A stretch of DNA of 64,000 bases from a virus (taxonomy: Duplodnaviria; Caudoviricetes). The stretch covers positions 64,001-128,000 of IMG/VR virus record IMGVR_UViG_3300037424_000485; one strand, given 5' to 3'. A program made the translations under genes and the position numbers. Shown here in pieces: positions 30,912 through 40,662 of this stretch; position 1 is the first letter of the stretch; each line of letters begins with the position of its first letter. The notes beneath the pieces are model-generated. The model ran no database searches. It saw only the letters and a program-made list of their open reading frames with translations, and had not been told where the DNA came from.

Positions 30912-31521
30912 ATATATAGGTGACTTATCAAAGCAAGATGTTAAAGTTCTTGTTGAATTTAGCACACGATCCAAAAACATACTAGAATTTGGTGTTGGTG
31001 GGTCTACTCAGGTTATGGCACAATCCACAAAAGGAAACATAACCAGTGTTGATACGTCTATTGAATGGATTAATCTTACTAAAGATAATCTAAATATATT
31101 AGGTATTACTAAAGATGTGTCTTTTGTGATATATGACGATTGGAAAAGAAGAAATTATAATACCAAATATGACATGATATTTAATGATGGTATATCCAAT
31201 CTTAGACAGGAGTTTATGGAACTGACATGGGATCTACTAAAGGTCGGTGGACATATGATATTTCATGATACACGTGTAAATGTTCATAAAGATACAATCA
31301 TTGATTTATATATTAAAAAGTGGTCAGAGATAGAACATATTTTGGTAAACACTGACGATAGTAATATGACTGTTATTAAAAAGAAACGCCACACACCCTA
31401 TGTTAATTGGAATAAAAAAGAGGGTAGAGAAGCATGGATGCGCGGCACTGGTAATAGACCAGATGATTTCTTAAAGAGGGTTAGTACCGTTATGTTTAAT
31501 TCCATTGAGTGTGACGAATAG
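30904..31521 (+). CDS. putative methyltransferase
   Basis: ILEFGVGGST, YDMIFNDG, GGHMIFHD. Confidence 0.7.
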   Translation: MVRYIGDLSKQDVKVLVEFSTRSKNILEFGVGGSTQVMAQSTKGNITSVDTSIEWINLTKDNLNILGITKDVSFVIYDDWKRRNYNTKYDMIFNDGISNLRQEFMELTWDLLKVGGHMIFHDTRVNVHKDTIIDLYIKKWSEIEHILVNTDDSNMTVIKKKRHTPYVNWNKKEGREAWMRGTGNRPDDFLKRVSTVMFNSIECDE

Positions 31522-31702
31522 CACTAAGAACAGATACTTCATGAGATATACCACCATCAAATATTACTTCTCTCATAAAATCCATAGCTTCTATTTCAGA
31601 CTGGGCAATAACCTGTTTTTGAAAACAGCCGCCATGTACGAGATTTAGTATATTTACGCTCCACACCCACTCACCATCTGCCTCATTGGTCATATCTTTC
31701 AT
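31496..31702 (-). CDS. small hypothetical protein
   Basis: Downstream of TTGACT-17 nt-TATATT (31769-31741, minus). Confidence 0.45.
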   Translation of the reverse strand: MKDMTNEADGEWVWSVNILNLVHGGCFQKQVIAQSEIEAMDFMREVIFDGGISHEVSVLSAIRHTQWN

Positions 31703-31772
31703 TAGATATCCTTTTAGCTTTACGTTAATCTTATAGAGATAATATACGAGGATATCAATAATAAGTCAACAT

Positions 31773-32327
31773 TTATTTTAGATATTTGTTGATGGATGAA
31801 TCTATACTATGATAATCAAACTCAGGAGGGTATGTTATATCGCTTAACGCATTAACATCATTAACAATTTTAAAATGTTTTGTGTTATAATTAACATTTT
31901 CCGATACACTTTTACCACTAGATAGATCTATAAAGTCTATTGATTTTCCTTTTGATTTCATACTACCTAAATCATATATAAGAACAGGGGCATATTTGTC
32001 ATGCACTGTTTTTGATATGGTATTAGCCCACATCCATAACACATCATTCATTTTTGGAGTTAGTTTATCAACCTGTACAGTCCATTGATTGGAACGCTCT
32101 CTAATCCTAGCCCATCCACGTTTTATAATGCGTATCATAATCTCGTTACGTGCCTCTCCTTCCCAATTCATTTTCTCATCACGAGCATCATAATCTCTTT
32201 GAATACTCTCTGCTGTTTCACCGAATTTTTTAGGATTTTCTATCACTACTTGTATATGTGTCTTTGAACCTAAATCTAAAACTTCTCCTTTAGGTGACAC
32301 CCAATAACCTTTAAACACTACAACCAC
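31773..32327 (-). CDS. hypothetical protein
   Basis: 184-aa ORF, GTG start. Confidence 0.6.
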   Translation of the reverse strand: MVVVFKGYWVSPKGEVLDLGSKTHIQVVIENPKKFGETAESIQRDYDARDEKMNWEGEARNEIMIRIIKRGWARIRERSNQWTVQVDKLTPKMNDVLWMWANTISKTVHDKYAPVLIYDLGSMKSKGKSIDFIDLSSGKSVSENVNYNTKHFKIVNDVNALSDITYPPEFDYHSIDSSINKYLK

Positions 32328-32328
32328 C

Positions 32329-32925
32329 TCAAACTATATCTACTATGTCTTGCCATCTTTTCTCTGACAAGATATGCAACCCCCATCTACCATTTATAGT
32401 AGTTGGTTGCTGGATTATTTCTATTTCTTCAAATGTAAACTTGCGTCCTTTAACCCTAGAAAAAAATTGTTTACCCTTACCTCCTTTAAATCCACCAAGA
32501 GATTCTTTTTTGCCAAAATTAGGCCATGCATTAGGGCGTTTTGATGTGCCTAGTAAATATGGACTGCTCCCAGGAGGTATTATTAAAACAGAATCTTGAT
32601 CAAATAGATGGCCTAGTTTACTAAGATTTTTTTCTAGGGTATCGATTGTTCCTTTTCTATCAGTTACAATAAAACTGTTTTCACTAACTTCATGTTCTGA
32701 TTCACTGCCAAAGTCTTCTATATAGGTTCCTTTTACACTAACAACGTCATATCCTAATGTCAAAAGTTTGGATATTAAGATTTTATTTCTTGCTTTATTC
32801 TCTTTAGATGAGAATTCACCTCTAAACGCAGTTATAGCACCAGAAGGAAATTCTTCAAATTTTCTATACAATCTAGACAATGATTTCTCATTTATTATAT
32901 TATCATTAAGATAGTCTCTTAGCAT
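32329..32925 (-). CDS. hypothetical phage protein
   Basis: 198-aa ORF, NEKSLSR...ITAFRG...GTYIE...SFIV...FDQDSVL. Confidence 0.65.
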   Translation of the reverse strand: MLRDYLNDNIINEKSLSRLYRKFEEFPSGAITAFRGEFSSKENKARNKILISKLLTLGYDVVSVKGTYIEDFGSESEHEVSENSFIVTDRKGTIDTLEKNLSKLGHLFDQDSVLIIPPGSSPYLLGTSKRPNAWPNFGKKESLGGFKGGKGKQFFSRVKGRKFTFEEIEIIQQPTTINGRWGLHILSEKRWQDIVDIV

Positions 32926-32945
32926 TTATCATTTTTCCATATAAT

Positions 32946-33209
32946 TTAATTCCATGCATTATACTTGTTAATATCCAACCCTGCTTCATCAAAGATGTTA
33001 TCCATTATCTCTTCAAGAAAGTCATCCTTACCAACAAAGCTAATCTCTATTCTCTTCCCCTTTACACTATCTGTACAGTTATGACATAAAACAATCATTC
33101 CAACTACTTCATTATGGTCATTTTTCTGTTCTACGGTAAGTAGATCTTCTTTAGCTCTGCATTTTGCACAATAATATTGAATTGTGGTTTTATTATCACG
33201 GCGATTCAA
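32946..33209 (-). CDS. hypothetical Zn-binding protein
   Basis: CAKC...CHNC. Confidence 0.5.
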   Translation of the reverse strand: MNRRDNKTTIQYYCAKCRAKEDLLTVEQKNDHNEVVGMIVLCHNCTDSVKGKRIEISFVGKDDFLEEIMDNIFDEAGLDINKYNAWN

Positions 33210-33409
33210 AATAAAATATCTCCATATATTGCTATTGGTAGCAATAACCTTTTATTCAATACTATTTATATATTGTCTCCTATAAAAACTGCATTTAAAA
33301 TATTTATAGCATATATAGTCATGATACACCCAAGCTGGTGACTAGATCCACATTTAGGGTATATACCACAACCCTATTATCATAAGTATATTGGTTAATA
33401 TACCCACAA

Positions 33410-33724
33410 TTAGTTAGTATCCATATATTTTCTATGTACACGATATCCTATTTGAGGGCATTGCATTGGCGTACTCCCCAATGTAGAATCATACTCAAAC
33501 ATCTGAGTCACTGTAAATGATCTCTGTGCTGATTTTTCATTATGAATATTAACAACAGTAATCATAAATTTAAGACCTTCTTTACAGAATACTTCAGATA
33601 CAAATTCATCCTTACCAAGCATAACGGTACTAGCCATGGCAGTACCAGTCAACATACACAATATACATAAAATAATAGTCCACAAACACAATACACCTAA
33701 AATAATAGCTATATTTTTAAACAT
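33410..33724 (-). CDS. putative exported protein, paralog of 37457-37699
   Basis: Hydrophobic N-terminus ending AMA; C.EG..FMIT...Q...P..C shared. Confidence 0.55.
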   Translation of the reverse strand: MFKNIAIILGVLCLWTIILCILCMLTGTAMASTVMLGKDEFVSEVFCKEGLKFMITVVNIHNEKSAQRSFTVTQMFEYDSTLGSTPMQCPQIGYRVHRKYMDTN

Positions 33725-34460
33725 TTTTATTTCTCCCTCTTTTAGTTCCAGGGGTTTTCTTAAAGCTCATATCATTAAACCCCCTTTTATGAATCATAAC
33801 TTCATTGCTGATATCTACTGTTTTTGGAGACTGTCCACCAAGAACACCACTGATATACCCTGAAAGCTCTTGAAATGCCGTAAATGTATCTACAACCTTA
33901 TAGAATTGAAAGTCTTCTAGAATTTCATTCCATACTAGTTTCTTATCTAGAATATTAAGAACAAAGGTAGGGATACGCTCTAAGTGGAATAGATCTTCAC
34001 ATTCTTTATCTTTGCCTTTTACATAAGCAAAGAATCCATTCATTTTTTCCTCTGTGAGGTTATTCCATCCACCAGTTTCTTGATATATCTTAATGATTTT
34101 TTTTAGTTTATGAGTAGTAAGGAAATCAATTATATCTGCTGGATCATATACATAAGAAACAAATTTTTCTGTTTTGTGATAAATTGTATGCTCATACTCT
34201 AATTTAACACATGGATACAGTCTCCCACTAAATCCAATTATATACATTTTCCAGTGGAAATCCCCATTACCCCTACCATCACCAAGGAAAGGGAATCTAT
34301 TTTTATTATATGAGATATCGGTATAAAACACACTATTGAAATCAAAATCAATATCTTTGATATCAGCTTCTTCTCTTTTTCTAATATAAACGCAGTTTGG
34401 ATCAATACCAAATGCCCTTACACTATCATAATAATCACGTGTTTTTCCGATAATTCTCAT
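33717..34460 (-). CDS. hypothetical phage protein
   Basis: 247-aa ORF MRIIGKTRDYYD...FQEL..YI.GVL...RGFNDMSFK. Confidence 0.7.
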   Translation of the reverse strand: MRIIGKTRDYYDSVRAFGIDPNCVYIRKREEADIKDIDFDFNSVFYTDISYNKNRFPFLGDGRGNGDFHWKMYIIGFSGRLYPCVKLEYEHTIYHKTEKFVSYVYDPADIIDFLTTHKLKKIIKIYQETGGWNNLTEEKMNGFFAYVKGKDKECEDLFHLERIPTFVLNILDKKLVWNEILEDFQFYKVVDTFTAFQELSGYISGVLGGQSPKTVDISNEVMIHKRGFNDMSFKKTPGTKRGRNKNV

Positions 34461-34463
34461 GAT

Positions 34464-34667
34464 TTATACATCCTGTCTTGTATACTCTCTATTTTCTTCA
34501 TCCAACATATATAGATAGATTCTATCACCATCCTTGTCGAATACATCAATATATTCTGCTCCATCCATAAGAACATCCTCAAGGTCAAAGTAGATCTTTC
34601 GAGGGGCTGTATCTGTAGAATCTTCATTTACAACAAAAAACATGCCTTCTTTTTCCATCGTTGCCAT
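34464..34667 (-). CDS. small acidic hypothetical protein
   Basis: AAGGAG RBS. Confidence 0.55.
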   Translation of the reverse strand: MATMEKEGMFFVVNEDSTDTAPRKIYFDLEDVLMDGAEYIDVFDKDGDRIYLYMLDEENREYTRQDV

Positions 34668-34685
34668 CTTTATCTCCTTATTGTT

Positions 34686-34772
34686 TTATAAAATAAAAAA
34701 TTCTTCTGGTATTAAATTTTTTGGTGCGCCCCAATCTTGTTTATTTAATATAATAGACGTTGATATATACAT
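34686..34772 (-). CDS. 28-aa mini ORF ending LIPEEFFYL
   Basis: Own translation: MYISTSIILNKQDWGAPKNLIPEEFFYL*. Confidence 0.35.
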   Translation of the reverse strand: MYISTSIILNKQDWGAPKNLIPEEFFIL

Positions 34773-34803
34773 AATACAACTATTATAGGATATATGTAAA
34801 GAA

Positions 34804-35139
34804 TTATTTTACAATCTTAATAAACTCTAAATCAAAGTCATCTATAAATCCTGTTTCCCAATCAGGTACACAGTTCACAAACTGCAATTGGTAGATAGCA
34901 CCATCCTCTATGTTGTTAATCATAGGTGCTTTTTGGCTATATACATCTTCTTGTAGGGTTTCATCAAAAGCACCGCATTTATCACATCCTCTACAGGACA
35001 TACGTTTTAAAGGAACCATTGTTTCTTTATAGGTATATGTGCCATTTTCACTCATATAACATGAAACATGTCCTCTATATACTCTACCCTTACAAGGTTG
35101 TATATCCTCCTGTAAGAACCCATGAAGATCTATGTTCAT
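34804..35139 (-). CDS. hypothetical protein
   Basis: 111-aa ORF, CRGCDKC. Confidence 0.6.
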   Translation of the reverse strand: MNIDLHGFLQEDIQPCKGRVYRGHVSCYMSENGTYTYKETMVPLKRMSCRGCDKCGAFDETLQEDVYSQKAPMINNIEDGAIYQLQFVNCVPDWETGFIDDFDLEFIKIVK

Positions 35140-35141
35140 AA

Positions 35142-36488
35142 CTATCCTTTATTGTAAATATTTGTACTACCACCACTTCTTTTAGAGTCTTCTATCCATA
35201 AATCCATTTCAGAAACATCATACAATTTTAGAGATCTGTCATCAAGATACAATCTATTGATAATACCACTATGTCCAAATCTACTTTTACATATTTTATA
35301 AGCAACTTCACTTTCATATACCATGGCATCTTCATCAGATCCTAATATAGCTACAAAATCTGCTGTTGCTCCAAGGCCGGAACTTTCAGATATACTATTC
35401 ATATCAACTTCTTCTAGTGTTAGAAAAGATCCTGATCTGTTTAGCTGAGATACAGAAACAACAGGAATATTAAACTCAAAACCTATTGCTCTTAGTTCTT
35501 CTGATATTTTCTTAACATCTCCATACATTGAATCTTTTGAACCATATTCAGGTTTCATTAGATTAACATAGTCACAATATAATATTTCAGGGGCTTTTCC
35601 TCTCATGGCTAACTCTCTTAGCCATATTCTAAAATTAGCCGTTGATGCTGTACCAGTAGGAAATTCTTTAATATATAAATCTCCTCTCCCTTCCTGTTTT
35701 TTTAAAGTTTTTAATGCAGAATATAAATCTCTCTTCATCTGATTATTGGTATACATTCTGTTAATATCCAACATAGAATATATAGAATCGAATCTTTGGG
35801 CAAATGCTTTTTCTGACATCTCAAGAGTGCATATTCCAACGTTATGACCGTGCATAACCTGCCTGGTTATGATGTTGGCCATTATATTCGATTTTCCAGA
35901 ATGTATCTTCCCAATAAAAGCTGAAAATGTATAGGGGGGAAACCCACCATTTAAATATTCATCTAGTTGGGGTAGATATGTTGGAATTCTAATATCGGTA
36001 GCAGAAAATGTGTCTTTAAGGCGTTCAAATAATTTGCCCCAATAATCAAGCCCTAAATTTATTTTAATATCTTTACATAGAGCTGCCTCTACTAAAGACT
36101 TGATTTCATTGACATTACCACCACTATCGATAATATCAGCCGAATCCATAATAGCGCGTTTTATTGCCCTGTCTTTTAGATATATATTAGTATTCTCTAA
36201 TAGCCATGTATAATTACGAGAAGTGTCATAATCTATAGAATCCATTTCAGTAAAAAAATTTTTACAATCCTCACGAACACTTGAAGATACAGATTGTATT
36301 ACTATGTCTCGTTGAGGGACTTCTTTAAATTCTAGAAGGTGTTCACTAATAGATTTAAAAATTTCAGAATGTGTGGCATCTTCAAAGTATTCTGGTATGA
36401 AAACTGTTGTTATAGTTGTTAAATATTGCCTATCTTCTAGTGCAGTTTTGAACATGCATGATATTAAATAATTTGGATCTATTGTCAT
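35142..36488 (-). CDS. replicative helicase (DnaB/T4 gp41-like)
   Basis: GKIHSGKS Walker A, TLEMSE, LYIKEFPTG, CDYVNLM, VSQLNR, KSRFG. Confidence 0.9.
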   Translation of the reverse strand: MTIDPNYLISCMFKTALEDRQYLTTITTVFIPEYFEDATHSEIFKSISEHLLEFKEVPQRDIVIQSVSSSVREDCKNFFTEMDSIDYDTSRNYTWLLENTNIYLKDRAIKRAIMDSADIIDSGGNVNEIKSLVEAALCKDIKINLGLDYWGKLFERLKDTFSATDIRIPTYLPQLDEYLNGGFPPYTFSAFIGKIHSGKSNIMANIITRQVMHGHNVGICTLEMSEKAFAQRFDSIYSMLDINRMYTNNQMKRDLYSALKTLKKQEGRGDLYIKEFPTGTASTANFRIWLRELAMRGKAPEILYCDYVNLMKPEYGSKDSMYGDVKKISEELRAIGFEFNIPVVSVSQLNRSGSFLTLEEVDMNSISESSGLGATADFVAILGSDEDAMVYESEVAYKICKSRFGHSGIINRLYLDDRSLKLYDVSEMDLWIEDSKRSGGSTNIYNKG

Positions 36489-36530
36489 TAAAACTCCTTA
36501 TGTTTATCTACCAATAATAACATAGGGAAT

Positions 36531-36779
36531 TTATATTGTAAATAACACCTCTGGTACTATATTGCATTTAATTTCTTTTCCTACCCTATGATCATATACA
36601 TCTTTACTTATAAAACCCTCCAAGCTCCCACACTTTTCACAGCGATAGTTATAATTATCGGTATCTATATCACAATCTAACAATAGCCGATGAGTGCATT
36701 TAAAGCATGATATAATAATTTTAGCTCGGTGTATTTCTATCAATATATCAACAACGTCACAACTCCGACTATTTAACAT
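36531..36779 (-). CDS. Zn-ribbon hypothetical protein with PEELF-like tail
   Basis: CFKC...CEKC; ends IVPEVLFTI. Confidence 0.55.
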   Translation of the reverse strand: MLNSRSCDVVDILIEIHRAKIIISCFKCTHRLLLDCDIDTDNYNYRCEKCGSLEGFISKDVYDHRVGKEIKCNIVPEVLFTI

Positions 36780-37233
36780 ATATTTCCACTCCCTCTATAA
36801 TTCTCTTAATACCTGATATATATTTTTTCTCTAATCTTATATGAGTTTTTTCATCGAGAAGATCCATTCTTTCTCTAAGCATGTTATGCTCTATATCTGC
36901 TTTCTTGACCCTCATGGCCGATATGTTCCCAGAGTCAACAATTTCATTTATCCATATAAGATATGGTCTATGATCATCTACATCTCTGGTAACAAGTTTA
37001 AGGATATCAATAACCTCTTCTGTATATCCCATATCATGAAGATTATCATAAGTATATGAAGTATCCTCGACAATATCATGTAAAAGTGCTGCATGTTTCT
37101 CTGTATCTGTTGCATCGACACCAAGAAGACTATAAACAGCAAAAGGATGTAGCCAATAAGGTACTCCGACTTTATCAAACACACCAGCATGTGCTTCTTT
37201 TATAAAATCTATCGTTTTTTCTATACTTCTCAT
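36769..37233 (-). CDS. stand-alone HD hydrolase, RelA/SpoT-hydrolase (Mesh1-like) type
   Basis: HAG..D..GVPYWLHP, AALLHDIVEDT, VKKADIEHN. Confidence 0.75.
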   Translation of the reverse strand: MRSIEKTIDFIKEAHAGVFDKVGVPYWLHPFAVYSLLGVDATDTEKHAALLHDIVEDTSYTYDNLHDMGYTEEVIDILKLVTRDVDDHRPYLIWINEIVDSGNISAMRVKKADIEHNMLRERMDLLDEKTHIRLEKKYISGIKRIIEGVEIYVK

Positions 37234-37457
37234 AATATGAACATATCCTCTGGTATAATATCATAAATAACTACGAATTCTTTATATACCCCATGTCCTT
37301 TTTTATCCCATAAAATACATTTACCATTATTACACATTTCTATTTTATGGACAGTAAATATTCTCCCCGCTCTCCACCCATACCCACATCTATGTCTAGG
37401 GACACCACGCACCTTAACACATATTACTATACTACCAGCTTGTATATTATTTATCAT
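37230..37457 (-). CDS. small hypothetical protein with PEELF-like tail
   Basis: Ends IIPEDMFIL. Confidence 0.55.
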   Translation of the reverse strand: MINNIQAGSIVICVKVRGVPRHRCGYGWRAGRIFTVHKIEMCNNGKCILWDKKGHGVYKEFVVIYDIIPEDMFIL

Positions 37458-37699
37458 TATTTACATTTCAATGGCTTGCCATTTCCCCTTTCAAATGAAG
37501 TAGATAATACTTGAACAGTTGATACAGAGACAGATCCATGTATCATCGTTTCGGCAATAGTTATCATAAACAGTCTACCGTCTTCACACACCAACATGGT
37601 TTCAACATTATGACCTTTGTTGGTAATGTACGTCTTGGCAGAAGCCGTGCCACATACCAAAAATACAGACATAAATACAACACATATAATCTTTTTCAT
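37457..37699 (-). CDS. putative exported protein, paralog of 33410-33724
   Basis: Signal-like MKKIICVVFMSVFLVCGTASA. Confidence 0.6.
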   Translation of the reverse strand: MKKIICVVFMSVFLVCGTASAKTYITNKGHNVETMLVCEDGRLFMITIAETMIHGSVSVSTVQVLSTSFERGNGKPLKCK

Positions 37700-37734
37700 A
37701 CCAATCTCCTTGTTAAGTTTTTACACTATATCAT

Positions 37735-37805
37735 AATATACCATATAGAATGTAGATGTCAAGAAAATTTATTACATTGACATAAAGCAAAATGTAGGAT
37801 ATAGT
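37735..37805. promoter_or_regulatory. back-to-back divergent sigma70-like promoters
   Basis: Minus: TTGACA(37762-57)-16 nt-TATATT. Plus: TTGACA(37777-82)-17 nt-TATAGT. Sits at the strand switch. Confidence 0.7.
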
Positions 37806-37852
37806 GAAGAAAATTGTATTATCAAATATAAAACATCAAAAAGGGGTAGAAT

Positions 37853-38131
37853 ATGAACAAATCAGAACTTGTAAAGAAAGTGAGTGATGAGCTGCTTGTT
37901 GATAGCTTAGAGGTGAGGGAAGTAATTGATATAATTTTCGATATGATATCAGATAGTCTTGGTGATGGGGATAATGTCACCATCACTGGCTTTGGATCTT
38001 TCAATCTCGTTCGCAGAGCAGCACGAACAGCACGTAATCCAAAAACAGGAGAAGAGCTTAATGTTCCAGAAAAAACAGTTGTGTCTTTTATTTCTTCAGG
38101 AAAGCTAAAGGGGAGAGTAAATAATGGATAA
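37853..38131 (+). CDS. HU/IHF family DNA-binding protein
   Basis: MNKSELV...VTITGFGSF....RAARTARNPKTGE...P...V.F. Confidence 0.95.
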   Translation: MNKSELVKKVSDELLVDSLEVREVIDIIFDMISDSLGDGDNVTITGFGSFNLVRRAARTARNPKTGEELNVPEKTVVSFISSGKLKGRVNNG

Positions 38132-38738
38132 AGGTAAAAAATGGGAGTTTGCTTACGAACCAACCACTGTTGATGAAATGATACTACATCCTGATGTAAG
38201 GATAAGGCTCATAAAGGCCCTAAAAGAAATTCCAAATATTATGTTGATAGGAAGTCCTGGTATTGGAAAGGGAACATGGGTTAATATTCTACGGAAACAG
38301 ACTGGCTTTAATTGTCGTAAGCTGAATGGATCTGATGAAAGGGGTATAGATGTCTTTAGAGAAAAAATAAAACCATTTTGTTCTGTACCACCCTTAGAAG
38401 GTAGGTATAATATTATGTATTTAAATGAGTGTCTTGAAGAACATGAAAAGGTGAGAATTGGTGATGTTAATAAATGGGAATCTATTGAACTTAGAGATTT
38501 GAAAAATGATACTGAATATCCTATAGTATCCTTTAATATGAAAACAGGTCAATTAGAAAATGATACTTGTACAATAATCACTGATAAGATTGATGATATT
38601 TATGAATTGGAATTAGAAGATGGTCGAAAGATAAAGACAACAAAGAATCATCCTTTTCTTGTGAAAAATAATGATGGTGAAATCGTAGAAAAAGAATTAC
38701 AATATTTGAGTGAAAATGATGAAATAATCACATTGTGA
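38124..38738 (+). CDS. clamp loader ATPase (gp44-like) N-extein fused to split intein N-part
   Basis: GSPGIGKG Walker A, NGSDERGID, then YLNE|CLEEHEKV at 38430 with TTKNHPF block B, ending in a stop. Confidence 0.85.
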   Translation: MDKGKKWEFAYEPTTVDEMILHPDVRIRLIKALKEIPNIMLIGSPGIGKGTWVNILRKQTGFNCRKLNGSDERGIDVFREKIKPFCSVPPLEGRYNIMYLNECLEEHEKVRIGDVNKWESIELRDLKNDTEYPIVSFNMKTGQLENDTCTIITDKIDDIYELELEDGRKIKTTKNHPFLVKNNDGEIVEKELQYLSENDEIITL

Positions 38739-38804
38739 TTTATAGAATATAATATTTTCACATAAAACACACACTTTACATAAATACTGATAAAGAAATG
38801 TGTT

Positions 38805-39750
38805 ATGAACGAAAGAAAATTAAGAACTCTGAAACGTTACTATAACGAAAGACAGAAACTACTATATAATGAATGGAAAGATGATATATTGATTGATGGT
38901 ATGTATCATTGTCCAGTATGTGATTATACTACTGATAATATAAACGGTTTATGTTGTCATTTAGGTAACAAAGATATAATAAAAATCATATATCATGAGT
39001 ATTTTGGTGACAACACTAAATGTGAAATATGTAATGAAAATACAACATTTTTGAGTCTTTCTAAAGGTCATAGTAGATTTTGTTTGTCGTGTAGTTTAAA
39101 ACGCAATGGTAAAAGATTATCTTCTGATAAGGTTAAACAATTACGTGAATCGGGGTTGTTGAAATATAACACAGATGTTATAAAAAGAAAAAATACAAAT
39201 AAAATAATTGGGGATAAAAATAAAATCAATATGTTGAGATATGTTGAGATATTTTAGAGATAATCCTGAAAAGAAGAAAGAATTATCTGTAAAGGTATCA
39301 AAATCCATGAGGGATAAGATCAAGAATGGTGATTTCACCCCTAATATATCAAACTGCTATAATGGTATTGTTATAAAACATGGTGGTATATCATATAGAA
39401 GTGCATGGGAATTTTCATTTCATCAATTAAATCCACATTTGTTGTATGAAAATATCAGAATACCCTACATATCACCTAAAGATGGTAAATGTAGAAGTTA
39501 TATTGTTGATTTTGTTGATGTTAATAAAAAGATATTGTATGAAGTAAAACCATTTATTAGACAGATGGATGATGTTAATATATCAAAACATAAAAGTGCA
39601 TTGAAGTGGTGTGAAGATAATGACTATATATATGTTTATATATCTGAAATATACTTTCATGATAATCTCAATACGGAGATTATTGAAAATTGGGACAATA
39701 ATATTAAAAAAAGGTTAAAATATTTTGTTAATGAAGACAATAAAAATTAA
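38805..39750 (+). pseudogene. free-standing endonuclease (TnsA-N-like PD-(D/E)xK) split by a 10-nt tandem duplication
   Basis: ORFs 38805-39257 and 39241-39750; ATGTTGAGAT repeated at 39231 and 39241; YRSAWE...IPY...YIVDF...YEVKP. Confidence 0.7.
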
Positions 39751-40453
39751 AAGAATTACAAATATTGGTACTGGTAGGGTTATTAATCTAAATGTTAAAA
39801 GAAACCACACATTTGTTACTGAGAACGGGATACCAACACATAATTGTGATCATCTAACACCAGATACCCAAGCAGCATTGCGAGATTTCATTGAGACTGT
39901 GCATAATACAACAAGATTTGTTGTATGTGCAAACTATGGTGATAAAATAACACCAGAATTCAAGTCCAGATTTAGAGTGGTTGAGATGCTACCACCACCA
40001 GGAAAAGAGATATTCAAACATCTTGAGTATATCCTTAAATCTGAAGGTATTAGATATAAAAAAGAAACTCTTGTGGATTTGATTAAAAAATGCTACCCTG
40101 ATGTACGTCAAACCATTATATCATTACAGGAGAACGTTATCAATGGCGTACTTCCTGAATATCTTGTCATTACTACAATAAACGATGTATATGATGATAT
40201 TCTCAAAGCTATGCTAACTGGCAATCCAGATAATGTAAGAAAACTATTGCGTAGCCATCATATTGACTATACTGCATTATACAAATACATCTATGATAAA
40301 ATCATGGATAGTGCTGATGATGATTTATTCGCTAATGATGTGGGTGCTATATTGTTGGTTGGTGAGCATTCACATAAGGATAATACAAGCTGTATTAAAG
40401 AAATTAATTTTATGGAAATGTTTTTTAAAATGTTGTCTCAAGGAGTTATTTAA
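39725..40453 (+). CDS. split intein C-part (38 aa from ATG 39731) fused to clamp loader C-extein
   Basis: MKTIKIKRI...NHTFVTENGIPTHN|CDHLTPDTQAALR...RFVVCANY...SRF. Confidence 0.85.
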   Translation: MLMKTIKIKRITNIGTGRVINLNVKRNHTFVTENGIPTHNCDHLTPDTQAALRDFIETVHNTTRFVVCANYGDKITPEFKSRFRVVEMLPPPGKEIFKHLEYILKSEGIRYKKETLVDLIKKCYPDVRQTIISLQENVINGVLPEYLVITTINDVYDDILKAMLTGNPDNVRKLLRSHHIDYTALYKYIYDKIMDSADDDLFANDVGAILLVGEHSHKDNTSCIKEINFMEMFFKMLSQGVI

Positions 40454-40455
40454 TA

Positions 40456-40650
40456 ATGGATAAAACCCTAGAAGAAGAATATCACGAATTCATCGTAAGT
40501 CGTTGTACCAGCGTAATTAATTCTTGTGTTAATCTATCACAACTACGTTATGCTGGTACATATTGTGAGTTGTTTAGAAATGTATACTATACCGATATTT
40601 GGCCTGATATCTGGAACGTGTATAAAATAAAGTTCAATGAATTAAAGTAA
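40456..40650 (+). CDS. small hypothetical protein
   Basis: 64-aa ORF in the operon. Confidence 0.5.
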   Translation: MDKTLEEEYHEFIVSRCTSVINSCVNLSQLRYAGTYCELFRNVYYTDIWPDIWNVYKIKFNELK

Positions 40651-40662
40651 AGGTTAATTTTA

